A stretch of 64,000 nt of DNA from Limisphaerales bacterium (GTDB taxonomy: Bacteria > Verrucomicrobiota > Verrucomicrobiia > Limisphaerales > SIBE01): NCBI GenBank assembly GCA_044225505.1, contig JBGAIN010000009.1:18592-82591 (forward strand), given 5' to 3'. The translations under genes and the position numbers were made by a program. Below, piece after piece: positions 12,220 through 21,729 of this stretch (the first letter of the stretch is position 1; the number at the start of each line of letters is the position of its first letter). Below the pieces are notes generated by a model. That model made no database searches and was not told the DNA's origin. It saw only the letters and a list, made by a program, of their open reading frames with translations.

Positions 12220-13614
12220 ATGCAGTGGGCAGACGGAAAACTGGAATTTAGCCTTATGACGTTCGGGATTCAGTGGAGATTAGTTGTGCTAGGAACCGTC
12301 GTGACATTGATGGGTTTACTCATCCTGCTCGCGACGTTAAACTCGCAAAAGCAAGCCGCCGAACTTGGAGCCCGCCTGAGCCAGGTTGACCTGGAAAGTT
12401 TCCGAATCGCTGACCGGTTTCGGGATTCTCTTCGGGAATTGAACAATACCATGCAGCGCTACGGTATTGAACGTGAGCCTGCCGTTTGGGAAGAGTTTCT
12501 GAAAGCCAGCCGCAAACTCGACGATTGGATCGATCAGCAAAAGCCGAAACTGACCACACGCGAAGAGCAGGAAGCCCTGGCCGAGATCGATGCTGCTTAC
12601 GATCGTTACCAGCGCGTTGCCCAGGAGTTGCAGGCCAAGGTGCTGTTTCTCGAAGGCAAGAGTCCTTCGCTCGCCGATTACGACACGTTCCGCAAGGCTT
12701 CCCAGCGTCTTTTTGACTTGGGCCAGAACCTGGGAAAGGCTCACTATGAATCGCGCAAGATCCTGCTCGCGCACGCGGGACAAACCCTGAAACACCTGCG
12801 CTGGTCAGTTCTCGCTTCCCTCGCCTTGCTCTTTGCCTTCGGCGTCGCGCTCGCGGGCGTGGTTTACCGGGATATGATCGCACCGCTGCGCGTGAAGCTC
12901 GTGCAAAGCGAAAGCTTCATCGAGCGTCACGAGAAATTGGCGTCGCTTGGCATGCTCGCGGCAGGCGTTGCCCACGAGATTCGCAACCCACTCACGGCGA
13001 TCAAAGCGGCGCTCTTTATCCAGCAAAAAAAGTTCCGGCCAGGATCTCCTGAATACGGAGACATGAAGTTGGTGGAGCGCGAGATCCTTCGTTTAGAGAG
13101 GATCGTAAATGACTTTTTGCATTTTGCCCGCCCGACCGATCCTGACTTTGTGACACTTCCCGCCGCGGCTGTGCTAGTGGAAACCCAGCGACTGATGGCC
13201 GCGCCTCTCGCCGCTTCTAACATCGAACTGAAGATTGCGTCAGCGGTGGAGACTCCCATCCGCCTTGACCCCGAGCAAATCAAACAGGTCTTGATTAACA
13301 TTGTGCAAAACGCCTCGGATAGCATTGGCCGCGATGGAACTGTGATCCTTCGCGCTCGGCCCGATCGGATGCTGCTTTCGGGCAAGGAAACGCCCGTGGT
13401 GATCCTGGAAGTTTCTGATTCGGGCAAAGGAATACCTCCGGAAGTGGAAAAGCGCTTGTTCGACCCGTTTTTCACCACTAAGCAGAATGGGACGGGCCTG
13501 GGTTTGTCCATCGCGGCGCGTATCGTGCAGAAGCACGGTGGAGTCTTGCAGTATCAAACGCGCGTGAACCATGGGACAACCTTTGGTATTGTATTGCCGG
13601 GAGCTGATGCATGA
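12220..13614 (+). CDS. Sensor histidine kinase (two TM segments, helical periplasmic domain, HisKA + HATPase_c)
   Basis: H-box LGMLAAGVAHEIRNPLTAI, N-box IVQNASDS, G-boxes DSGKGIP and GTGLGLSIA. Confidence 0.85.
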   Translation: MQWADGKLEFSLMTFGIQWRLVVLGTVVTLMGLLILLATLNSQKQAAELGARLSQVDLESFRIADRFRDSLRELNNTMQRYGIEREPAVWEEFLKASRKLDDWIDQQKPKLTTREEQEALAEIDAAYDRYQRVAQELQAKVLFLEGKSPSLADYDTFRKASQRLFDLGQNLGKAHYESRKILLAHAGQTLKHLRWSVLASLALLFAFGVALAGVVYRDMIAPLRVKLVQSESFIERHEKLASLGMLAAGVAHEIRNPLTAIKAALFIQQKKFRPGSPEYGDMKLVEREILRLERIVNDFLHFARPTDPDFVTLPAAAVLVETQRLMAAPLAASNIELKIASAVETPIRLDPEQIKQVLINIVQNASDSIGRDGTVILRARPDRMLLSGKETPVVILEVSDSGKGIPPEVEKRLFDPFFTTKQNGTGLGLSIAARIVQKHGGVLQYQTRVNHGTTFGIVLPGADA

Positions 13615-15049
13615 CATGACGAACGCGGCCAGAATTCTGTTGATTGAAGACGATATTGGTATTGCCGATACCTTGCGGCGAGTTTTTGCGGAGGAAGGCG
13701 ACGAGGTGATTGTGCACCAGCGGGGCGACAATGGTTTGGCTTGCGCTGTCCAAGAATCGTTCAATGTGGTGATTACCGATTTGCGCCTGCCCGGGCTCGA
13801 TGGCCTCGAGTTGGTTAGGCAATTGCACGCTGCGCAGCCGCGGTTGCCAATCATCCTTGTGACGGCGTTTGGGACGACCGAGACCGCCATTCAAGCGATG
13901 AAACTGGGCGCCTACGATTACCTGATCAAACCCTTTGATATGCCCGAGTTGATCGATCTCGTGCGGAGGGCGGCAAACAGCAATCGGCTCATGTCGGAGC
14001 CTGTGGTTTTGGGCGAGCCGGGAGCAGCGCGCAGTGCGCTCGTGGGGCGAAGCCCGGCGATGCAAGCGATCTACAAAGCCGTCGGGCGCGTTGCGTCGAA
14101 ACCGGTCAGCGTTCTGATCCTGGGCGAGACTGGGACGGGCAAGGAACTGATTGCCCGCGCCCTTTATCAGCATAGCGACCGGGCCAACGCGCCGTTCATC
14201 GCGATCCACTGCGCGGCGATTCCGGAAACGTTGTTGGAAAGCGAGCTCTTCGGACACGAACGCGGCGCCTTTACGGGCGCGGAGGCGCGGCGGATCGGGC
14301 GCTTTGAACAAGCGGACCGAGGGACTCTTTTTCTCGATGAAATCGGAGACATGACTCCGGGCACTCAAGTAAAACTCCTTCGCGTTCTGCAGGAACGCTG
14401 TCTGCAACGGCTTGGGGGTAAGGAAACCATTCCCGTGGATGTGCGTGTCGTCGCGGCGACGCATCGCGATTTGGAGGAGGCCATCCGCACGAAGCAATTC
14501 CGGGAAGATCTCTATTACCGACTCAGTGTCGTCGTCATTAACCTACCCTCACTGCGCGAACGCCGCCAGGATATCCCAGATCTGGTCCATTATTTCCTGG
14601 AGAAACACGGCCCGGAACTCGGGAGCAGCAATCCGTCGATTCACCCTGAGGCGCTGGAATTCCTTCGATCCCAGGCGTGGCCTGGCAACGTTCGTGAATT
14701 GGAGAATGCCATTCGCAAAGCGTTGCTTCTGGCACAGAACTACACGATCACAGTGGACCACCTTCGCACCGTGCTCAGCAAAGGCCACGCATTTCACTCC
14801 GGCGCGGCTTTCTCTTTTGGAACCTATATCGATGACTTGTTGGCGGCAGCGCAACGTGGGGAGGTGGCCGATGTCCACGATCGGGTGGTGGCAACGGCGG
14901 AGCGTGAACTGATCGGGCGTGCGATCGCTCTGGCGCAAGGGAACCAGGCCAAAGCCGCGCGATGGCTGGGGATTTCGCGCATTACCATGAAGGCGAAGCT
15001 TGTTCAGTTTGGCCTGCACCCAGGGACAGAGGAAGGAGGAGCAGGGTAG
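13607..15049 (+). CDS. Sigma-54-dependent response regulator (NtrC family: REC + AAA+ + Fis-type HTH)
   Basis: REC ([14 protein letters not shown]...[12 protein letters not shown]), Walker [15 protein letters not shown] motif ([15 protein letters not shown]) and a C-terminal HTH ([15 protein letters not shown]). The ATG at 13607 overlaps the kinase stop; 13616 is an alternative start. Confidence 0.9.
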   Translation: MHDMTNAARILLIEDDIGIADTLRRVFAEEGDEVIVHQRGDNGLACAVQESFNVVITDLRLPGLDGLELVRQLHAAQPRLPIILVTAFGTTETAIQAMKLGAYDYLIKPFDMPELIDLVRRAANSNRLMSEPVVLGEPGAARSALVGRSPAMQAIYKAVGRVASKPVSVLILGETGTGKELIARALYQHSDRANAPFIAIHCAAIPETLLESELFGHERGAFTGAEARRIGRFEQADRGTLFLDEIGDMTPGTQVKLLRVLQERCLQRLGGKETIPVDVRVVAATHRDLEEAIRTKQFREDLYYRLSVVVINLPSLRERRQDIPDLVHYFLEKHGPELGSSNPSIHPEALEFLRSQAWPGNVRELENAIRKALLLAQNYTITVDHLRTVLSKGHAFHSGAAFSFGTYIDDLLAAAQRGEVADVHDRVVATAERELIGRAIALAQGNQAKAARWLGISRITMKAKLVQFGLHPGTEEGGAG

Positions 15050-15137
15050 CCAGGGGGCAAATGGCTGGGCGACTTGACGTCGGAAGGGGCATTCGCGAGC
15101 CGAGACCGGGAGCCTCGATGTCGCGTCACGGCCCGCG

Positions 15138-16295
15138 TCACTTCTGCATTTCGGCGGTGTGGTGGTATTCCTTGTAAGTGAAGAGCAAGGTGCCCAAAAT
15201 CAGGAACAAGACCGCTCCGAAGACGAGAGCGCTCACTGCAGTCGCGGCATTTCCCGTGGACCAGTGAAACACGTTTTGCAGTCCCTCATTCTGCACGAGC
15301 AAGCCCTTGAGATGCCGCATCAGCGAGAGAGCGTTGATATTCGTTGGGATACGCCCAATGCCCATTTCTACGATCGCCCCGTAAACAACGGCCAAAGCCA
15401 TATAGCGTTTGGAGACGAGTCCGAGGAACAAGCCGAGCGCGCTCCAAGCCGTGACCGCCAGAACTTGAGCTCCAAGAAATGACGGGAGCAATGAAGTCAG
15501 GGCGGGAATATCTCGCAGTTGGCCAGCAATGAACACCAGAACGGTCTGCGCGAGAAACCAAATTTGCAAGACCGCGGTTTGGGACAAAAACTTGACGACC
15601 AATAGCCGTGCCCGACTCAACGGCCGCGTGGTGAGGAAACTCATGGTGTTGGCTTCCAGTTCGTCGCGAATCAAGGCTCCGCACATGCGGACGCAGTTGA
15701 GAGGCAGGATCATGAAAAAGTAGAGATCGATCAGGCAACGGTAAAAGGGTGCGGTGCGTCCCCAGGTCGGCTCATCAGCGGGGACCACCCGCTGTTGGCT
15801 CTGGCGGCGCTGGTATGCTTGAAATTCTTTCCATTGGCGTTCTTCAAGGAGAGGCTCGGCGCGGCGCGCTATCCGTTCATCGCATTGTTCAAGCCAAACG
15901 CGCTGTTCGTCACCATCGGTTTGCGGTCGCGCGTTCTGCAAGGCATCGACCTCCGTTTGTTTGAACTCCTCCGAAATGATGCGTAAAAGCTCCATCCGCT
16001 GCTCTCGGCTCAACGGGGTTCCATTGCGTGCCGACCGTTTCGCAAACGTGTTGAGATAAGACCCGGCATTGGGCATTTGCAGGAAGTGGCTCTCCACCCA
16101 TTGTTTTGGCGACGACGTCGTCACGTAGATCAACACAGGCAGCGCGAGCATCGCCGCTCCGCTCACCGTCATGCGCCACCACGTGAGTTGGCTTTTCCAC
16201 GTCAGCAGCCACATGCCCAACAACGCTTTGATGAAGCCAGGCTCCGGGGATTTCGAATTCCCGGAACTCGTGGAGGGATGTCCGTCGGTACTCAA
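15138..16295 (-). CDS. Polytopic membrane protein, probable ABC-2-type permease partner
   Basis: 385 aa with multiple hydrophobic segments and a charged soluble insert. A 4-bp overlap joins it to the upstream ABC ATPase gene. Confidence 0.55.
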   Translation of the reverse strand: MSTDGHPSTSSGNSKSPEPGFIKALLGMWLLTWKSQLTWWRMTVSGAAMLALPVLIYVTTSSPKQWVESHFLQMPNAGSYLNTFAKRSARNGTPLSREQRMELLRIISEEFKQTEVDALQNARPQTDGDEQRVWLEQCDERIARRAEPLLEERQWKEFQAYQRRQSQQRVVPADEPTWGRTAPFYRCLIDLYFFMILPLNCVRMCGALIRDELEANTMSFLTTRPLSRARLLVVKFLSQTAVLQIWFLAQTVLVFIAGQLRDIPALTSLLPSFLGAQVLAVTAWSALGLFLGLVSKRYMALAVVYGAIVEMGIGRIPTNINALSLMRHLKGLLVQNEGLQNVFHWSTGNAATAVSALVFGAVLFLILGTLLFTYKEYHHTAEMQK

Positions 16296-17218
16296 GCGGT
16301 AACCTTTTCGAAGATGTTTCGCAACGAGCGGCTCTGACTGCGAATAGCATGGACCGTGACCTGGCTTCCCAGCAACAATTCAGTCCAGCGAGCGTAGAAC
16401 GTCGGGGCATCCTTTACGCGAATGTCCAACCGCTGCTCCGCCAGATCGAGGTCGAACCCAAGGAGCACTCCGGCATCGAACAAGTGTTTGGCCAAAACTT
16501 CCGGAGCGTCACAATGAATCGTCAACGACTCGGCCCAGCTCTTGAGGTCATTGCGGATTTCCTGCTGGCTGCCCGATGCCAAAACGCGGCCCCAATTCAG
16601 GACTAAAACATCGCGGCACAGAGACTCAAGTTCCGCGAGGATGTGGCTGGAGATAATTATCTGCACTCCTTCGGAGGCCAAGGCCTTGAGCATGGTGGCC
16701 ACTTCCTGCCGTCCCATCGGATCCAGACCGTTCATTGGTTCATCCAGGACCAGCAAATCCGGTTTGTGCAACAATCCTTGGGCCAGCTTGACTCGTTGCT
16801 TCATCCCTTTGGAAAACTGCACCATTCGTTTGGACCAGTGTTCCCTCCCCAAGCCGACGCGATCCAAAATCTCTTCCGCCCGCGCCGTTGCGGCTTTGGC
16901 ACTCAGCCCGGATAATAGCGCCAGCCCTCTGAGCCAATCGAGAGGGCGCAAATCCTTTGGCACCGCCTCGCCTTCCGGGCAGTAGCCAATCCGTCGAATC
17001 AATTCTGGATTGTTCCATGGAATCTCACCAAAAACGGTCAAGCGCCCGGAACTCGGCTCGAGTTGGCCGGTCACAATCTGCAGAAGAGTGCTCTTGCCCG
17101 CGCCATTGGGTCCCACCAACCCAGTCAGGCCCGGCCCGATCTCAAAACTGACGTTGTTGAGCCCCATCACGATCCCATACCACCGACTTAGTTCGACCGC
17201 TTGAACGATAGCGCTCAT
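16292..17218 (-). CDS. ABC transporter ATP-binding protein
   Basis: Walker A GPNGAGKSTLL, signature FSKGMKQR, Walker B LLVLDEP. Confidence 0.9.
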   Translation of the reverse strand: MSAIVQAVELSRWYGIVMGLNNVSFEIGPGLTGLVGPNGAGKSTLLQIVTGQLEPSSGRLTVFGEIPWNNPELIRRIGYCPEGEAVPKDLRPLDWLRGLALLSGLSAKAATARAEEILDRVGLGREHWSKRMVQFSKGMKQRVKLAQGLLHKPDLLVLDEPMNGLDPMGRQEVATMLKALASEGVQIIISSHILAELESLCRDVLVLNWGRVLASGSQQEIRNDLKSWAESLTIHCDAPEVLAKHLFDAGVLLGFDLDLAEQRLDIRVKDAPTFYARWTELLLGSQVTVHAIRSQSRSLRNIFEKVTA

Positions 17219-18210
17219 TCCGGTTTGACCCTTTGGAAAATGACCCAGACCGCAACGCTGAGCATCACGGAAAGCGCCAGCAGCGAAGGAAGTGTCGGCG
17301 GTGCGCTCAAGGCTGCGATCGTCTTGGCACTGACCGGGCGCATCATGTCTCCTAAAATCGGGATGTTATCCTGAGCGGCGCGCAAATCCTCGCCCACATG
17401 AAACAAAGCGAGACCGAGCTGGTCTAGATTGTAGTTGAAGCTCAGATGTTGGAGCCACGGCTTGGTGTGGAGGGCGATCGGCGTCAAAACACCGCCCAAA
17501 ATCCACCAGATAAACCAAACTGCGACAGTGGTTTTTTCCTTGGCGCAAAGCGATGAAATCCCAAGCGCCAACAGACTCAGGATCGACATGCTGCTCAATC
17601 CGAAAAGCAACACGTGTCCTAGCGCAGCTCGCGCGTGCCAAAAGAATCGCCAGTCAGGTGCCAGAAGATTTCCCAGGAACCAGGCGGCGCAGACCGGACC
17701 CAGCCAGACGACGACGAGCAAGCCGAACGCGGTAGCAAATTTTCCGAAGAGATAATCCCCCCGGCTAACGGCTTTTGACGCATAGATGGTGATGGCGTTG
17801 CTCGCCAGGTCGCGAGTCACCAGGAGCGGGATGGCCATGCCCAGTGCAAAGATACTGAGTCGCATGAGATTGCTGCAGAAGTAATAGAACAAGACGTTCT
17901 GAGTCGTCTGCACAGAAATCTCAGGATGCTGTTCCAGCCACGAAGTCAGCATCTGGGCGAATGCCTGCAATTGTGGGTTCAGATTCTCCAGCGATTGCAC
18001 GACGATACTATCTGCGACGAGGAGTTGGCCGATGAAGAACAAGAGGCCCGAAACAGCCAGTCCCGTCACCCAGCAAACCACGGTGAGGTGCCGGAGAAAC
18101 TTGTTTTGGAAGCAGGCCGCCAGGCCGTTGCGCGTGATGGCGAAGCGGCGCCACCAGAGTCCCCGGTGTTCGCCTTCCCAGTGTTGATAAGTGGCGCTAT
18201 GCAGCGGCAT
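17215..18210 (-). CDS. Polytopic membrane protein, probable ABC-2-type permease
   Basis: Six or more hydrophobic segments. It overlaps both flanking ABC genes. The start is uncertain (18234 in the ORF track; an internal ATG at 18210). Confidence 0.55.
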   Translation of the reverse strand: MPLHSATYQHWEGEHRGLWWRRFAITRNGLAACFQNKFLRHLTVVCWVTGLAVSGLLFFIGQLLVADSIVVQSLENLNPQLQAFAQMLTSWLEQHPEISVQTTQNVLFYYFCSNLMRLSIFALGMAIPLLVTRDLASNAITIYASKAVSRGDYLFGKFATAFGLLVVVWLGPVCAAWFLGNLLAPDWRFFWHARAALGHVLLFGLSSMSILSLLALGISSLCAKEKTTVAVWFIWWILGGVLTPIALHTKPWLQHLSFNYNLDQLGLALFHVGEDLRAAQDNIPILGDMMRPVSAKTIAALSAPPTLPSLLALSVMLSVAVWVIFQRVKPE

Positions 18211-19141
18211 GGGAAAGTTCGAGCGCTTGCACAAAAGTCTCTTCCAGAGCGTTCGGACTGGGAATGACTTCCAAAGGTGCCAGGTTCAACTCATGCAACA
18301 ATTGGAGGAGAGGGTTGAGAGAGTCTGATTTATGTTCCACTTTCAAATGGCCGCTGGGCAAAAGCTCGCAAGGCCACTGCCGCCGGGCACACGCCTGACG
18401 CAGTTCTTCGTGTCGCTCGGCCACCACCACTTCGGCGGCACCCCGCTTGCGGGCCTTCAGATTCGCCAAGCTGTCGTGCACCAGGACGCGACCGCGCGCG
18501 ATAATGATAATCTGCTCGCAGATCCGATCGACATCGTGCAATAAGTGCGACGAGACCACGACAGAGATGCCGTAAGCTCGCCAGAGGCTATGGACCAGTT
18601 CCAGAATCTGCGCTTGTCCTTTCGGATCCAGTCCATTGGTCGGTTCATCCAGAAACACAATCTCCGGGTCATGCACAATGGCTTGAGCCAACTTTAAGCG
18701 CTGCTTCATCCCGGTCGAATAGGTATCGATCTTCCGGTAACGTTCCTGACCCATGCCCACGAAATCCAGCATCTCATGGGCGCGCTGGCGTGCCACTTGG
18801 AAGGGTAAGCCGCACAATTGCGCACAGTACGTCACGTACTCGCAGCCGACCATTCCCGGGATGTGGCAATCCTGTTCCGGGGTGTATCCCACGCGCTTGC
18901 GTATCTCTCGGCCTTCACTCCCAACTTCGCGTCCCAAAAGCTTGGCGGTGCCCGAAGTGATGGGCTGCAGTTGCAGGAGACATTTCATTAGCGTGCTCTT
19001 ACCGGCACCATTCGGACCGAGCAAGCCAATCGCCCCGGGCACGACCTGTAACTGGATTCCGTCCAAAGCACGTTGCGACCCGTAAACTTTGGACAAGTTC
19101 TCCGTTTCAATGACCAGCGGTGGCAACATTGCGTTTCGCAC
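18197..19141 (-). CDS. ABC transporter ATP-binding protein
   Basis: Walker A GPNGAGKSTLM, signature YSTGMKQR, Walker B IVFLDEP. Confidence 0.9.
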   Translation of the reverse strand: MRNAMLPPLVIETENLSKVYGSQRALDGIQLQVVPGAIGLLGPNGAGKSTLMKCLLQLQPITSGTAKLLGREVGSEGREIRKRVGYTPEQDCHIPGMVGCEYVTYCAQLCGLPFQVARQRAHEMLDFVGMGQERYRKIDTYSTGMKQRLKLAQAIVHDPEIVFLDEPTNGLDPKGQAQILELVHSLWRAYGISVVVSSHLLHDVDRICEQIIIIARGRVLVHDSLANLKARKRGAAEVVVAERHEELRQACARRQWPCELLPSGHLKVEHKSDSLNPLLQLLHELNLAPLEVIPSPNALEETFVQALELSHAAA

Positions 19142-19894
19142 TCTTCGAACGAATCTTCAATTGCGCAAGGTAATTCTGCTCAGTCATTTGTGATCCTTCC
19201 GCCCTGCACCTGGCAGAGCACGGTGGGATCGCATTTCGACTATCGAAAAGACACAGCAACTCACGAATTGTTGCATACGACGCAGAGATATCTTCTGAAC
19301 TCCATTTTCACCCATCGTTCGGCTCGCGATGCGTTGGAAGGATTGCAGCAGGGATTTGCCACCGAATCCGCAATCACTGCGTTGCCGAATCCAAACGTAA
19401 ATCTTTTTTCCGAAACGAGTTCCGAAGCGCTCAACGCGGTGGACAATTCGGAATACGGGAGCCTCATCCAAAACGACCATGACACCTGGGGCGGCGAAGC
19501 CGCACTGGTTCAGTGGGGGACCGGCAACCATGGCGCCCAGGGCTGGATCAAGCACAATCGCCATGAGCGAAAGGCCAACCACATCGACACAGACGGCCAT
19601 GTCGAGTTGCTCTGCTGGAGCAGGGCGCGCGATGACCAATTTCCTGATCACCAAGTCCGATGACCCTTATCAATGGTTCCTGCGGCGTGATTGAAACTGG
19701 CGTGAGAATAAGGAGCGCGGCTGTGTCGTCAGACCAGCCGCAGCAATTCCGCCTTTTCAAGACTCCTTCGATGAACGCGAGGTGTTCTCCGTACCGGTCG
19801 CTGCGGCGGCTAGGCTTGTCGGACTCGCCATAGCCGCGCTCCGCGGACGACATTGCTGCTGACCCGCGTTCATGACGGCGCCGGCCAAATCCTG

Positions 19895-21664
19895 CTAATT
19901 CCGGGATTGCGCAGGGACAAACTCTTCCATGACCGCTTTACGGAGTAGAGGCGGCGGAACGCAGCCTTGCGCAAGGACAAAATCGTTGAAGGCCAGACGG
20001 TCGAACTTGTCGCGTAATGCAAGCTGCGCGGCCTGGCGGGTTTCCATGAGCCGCTGGTAGCCGTAGAAATAGCAGGTGGCCTGGCCGGGGCTGCGGAAGG
20101 TGTATCTTCGCATCTCTTGGGTCGCCATGCCTTCAGAGAGAAGAACTTCCTCCGTCAAGAAAGTCTTCACGCCCTCGGGGGTGATTTGGCCGAGGTTCAC
20201 CATCGGATCCAGGAAGGCGCGGGCGGCCCGAAGCATGCGGTGCTGGAGCGCGAAAACTTGCCCATCGAGCGGTTCATAAGGCTGCAACTCCGCTTCGGCA
20301 TAGAGCGCCCAGCCCTCGATATTGACACTGTTCCAAGCAAAGATAGCGCGGGCCGTGGACACGCCGGCCTCAAGCATCTTCGCGAACTGCAGTTCGTGGC
20401 CTGGCCGTGCTTCATGGGCCGTCAGTGTCCACGTTCCCGCTTCATGAGAAAAGTCGTCAAATGAAAGGGTTTTCCCGGTGGCATTCGGAGGCAGTCCCGT
20501 GGTCAGCACGAATTCACCGTATTCCCCGGTATTGCCAATCATCCGTGGTGGGTCCATATGGGGTGCGGGTTGCGCAGCGTTCTCGGCGTCGGTTGCCAGT
20601 CGGATGGCGGCTTTGCGATCCGGAAGCGTGACAATACGGTGCCGCCGAATCGCCGCTTCAATTTCGGCCAGCCGATTGGTGTAAGTTGGCAACACTCGGT
20701 CCCTAGGCAGCTGTTTCTTCTTCAACTCGCGCACCACGACTTTGTAATCGGCGGTGCCGGTATTCGTGAGCCCGAGTTGTCCGGCCAGGAGCGCCGTCGT
20801 GATGTTCAGCTGGTTGCGGATTTCGGCGAACGAGGTGAGGGCGCGCGAGACGAGCTCTTCCGGGCTTATATCGATCCCTTCTTCGCGGAGCTTGTTCGCA
20901 TACACTTCTGCAGGGAGTCGATGATCCTCCCGGGCGCGCGGCAGGATTTCGGACTTGATCCATGCATAATACTCGGTGAGCTGACTTTGCAGAGCCTCGA
21001 ATGAGGGCTGCCAGCCTTGCAACTCACTTTTTAACAAAAGCTCGCGGATCCCCGCCATAAGGTGGGGCGCATCGTTTAAAGACTGTTCTACCTGTCCTTT
21101 AAAAGGTCCGAGCAAATGCGGATCGGCTTTGAGTCGTTCGAGCGTCCGTTCACGCGCAAGTTCTGCAGCCGGACGAAAGCCGCTCGTAATTCCGGCATAC
21201 TTGCGCAGGCGGGTGAGAAGCGATTTCTGTCGGTCCTTCGAGATGCGCGGGTCCAAGGTCGACCGTGCAACGCCAAAGATTTCTGCCGCGAGGTCCAGGA
21301 ACGGGATAAAATACTTTCGCGAAAGAGCCGCCGAGCGCAGATCATCCTCAGCACGCCGAATGAGAATCTCGAGATCCTGCTTTACCTTCGTGTCGCTTTC
21401 CGAGGCGAGGCGCTTGCGGAATTCATCGATAACCTGACGGGTATCGGCGTTGCGCGCTTCGAAAAGGTCGCGCGACAAGTCGGCGATTTGCTCGTCGTAG
21501 CCGTCGACGCCAAGCCAACTGGCTTGTTCGGGAGAATATTTAGCCGTCAGTTCGAGCAGGAGTTTCGCGTTGGCATTGCTTTTGGCAACCCACGGAAGCT
21601 CAGCAGCAACCGTGCACGCCGTCATCACCAAAGCGGCGGTCAGAGTGGGCAAGAACCGGTTCAT
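19895..21664 (-). CDS. DUF885-family protein (putative secreted metallopeptidase-like)
   Basis: Signal peptide MNRFLPTLTAALVMTACTVAA, and a DUF885-type HExxPGH motif (AHEARPGHELQF) near the C-terminus. Confidence 0.75.
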   Translation of the reverse strand: MNRFLPTLTAALVMTACTVAAELPWVAKSNANAKLLLELTAKYSPEQASWLGVDGYDEQIADLSRDLFEARNADTRQVIDEFRKRLASESDTKVKQDLEILIRRAEDDLRSAALSRKYFIPFLDLAAEIFGVARSTLDPRISKDRQKSLLTRLRKYAGITSGFRPAAELARERTLERLKADPHLLGPFKGQVEQSLNDAPHLMAGIRELLLKSELQGWQPSFEALQSQLTEYYAWIKSEILPRAREDHRLPAEVYANKLREEGIDISPEELVSRALTSFAEIRNQLNITTALLAGQLGLTNTGTADYKVVVRELKKKQLPRDRVLPTYTNRLAEIEAAIRRHRIVTLPDRKAAIRLATDAENAAQPAPHMDPPRMIGNTGEYGEFVLTTGLPPNATGKTLSFDDFSHEAGTWTLTAHEARPGHELQFAKMLEAGVSTARAIFAWNSVNIEGWALYAEAELQPYEPLDGQVFALQHRMLRAARAFLDPMVNLGQITPEGVKTFLTEEVLLSEGMATQEMRRYTFRSPGQATCYFYGYQRLMETRQAAQLALRDKFDRLAFNDFVLAQGCVPPPLLRKAVMEEFVPAQSRN

Positions 21665-21729
21665 CGGGCCAAGGTTGCACCGGCGGCATTCGATGAAAAG
21701 GGAAAACAATCGAGTGCCCAATGGCTCGA

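Noticed and set aside
13478-14497. 339-aa minus-strand ORF
   Set aside because: It is antisense to the NtrC-type regulator (Walker A and GAFTGA are on the plus strand). It is a shadow ORF.
19073-19894. Competing ORFs on both strands (196 aa on plus; 156, 101 and 74 aa on minus) between the ABC operon and DUF885
   Set aside because: I could not decide strand or frame. The 156-aa minus ORF has a faint cyclic-nucleotide-binding flavour (...FGGKSLLQSFQRIASRT...), but that is too weak to call. A profile search (cNMP_binding) on all frames would settle it.
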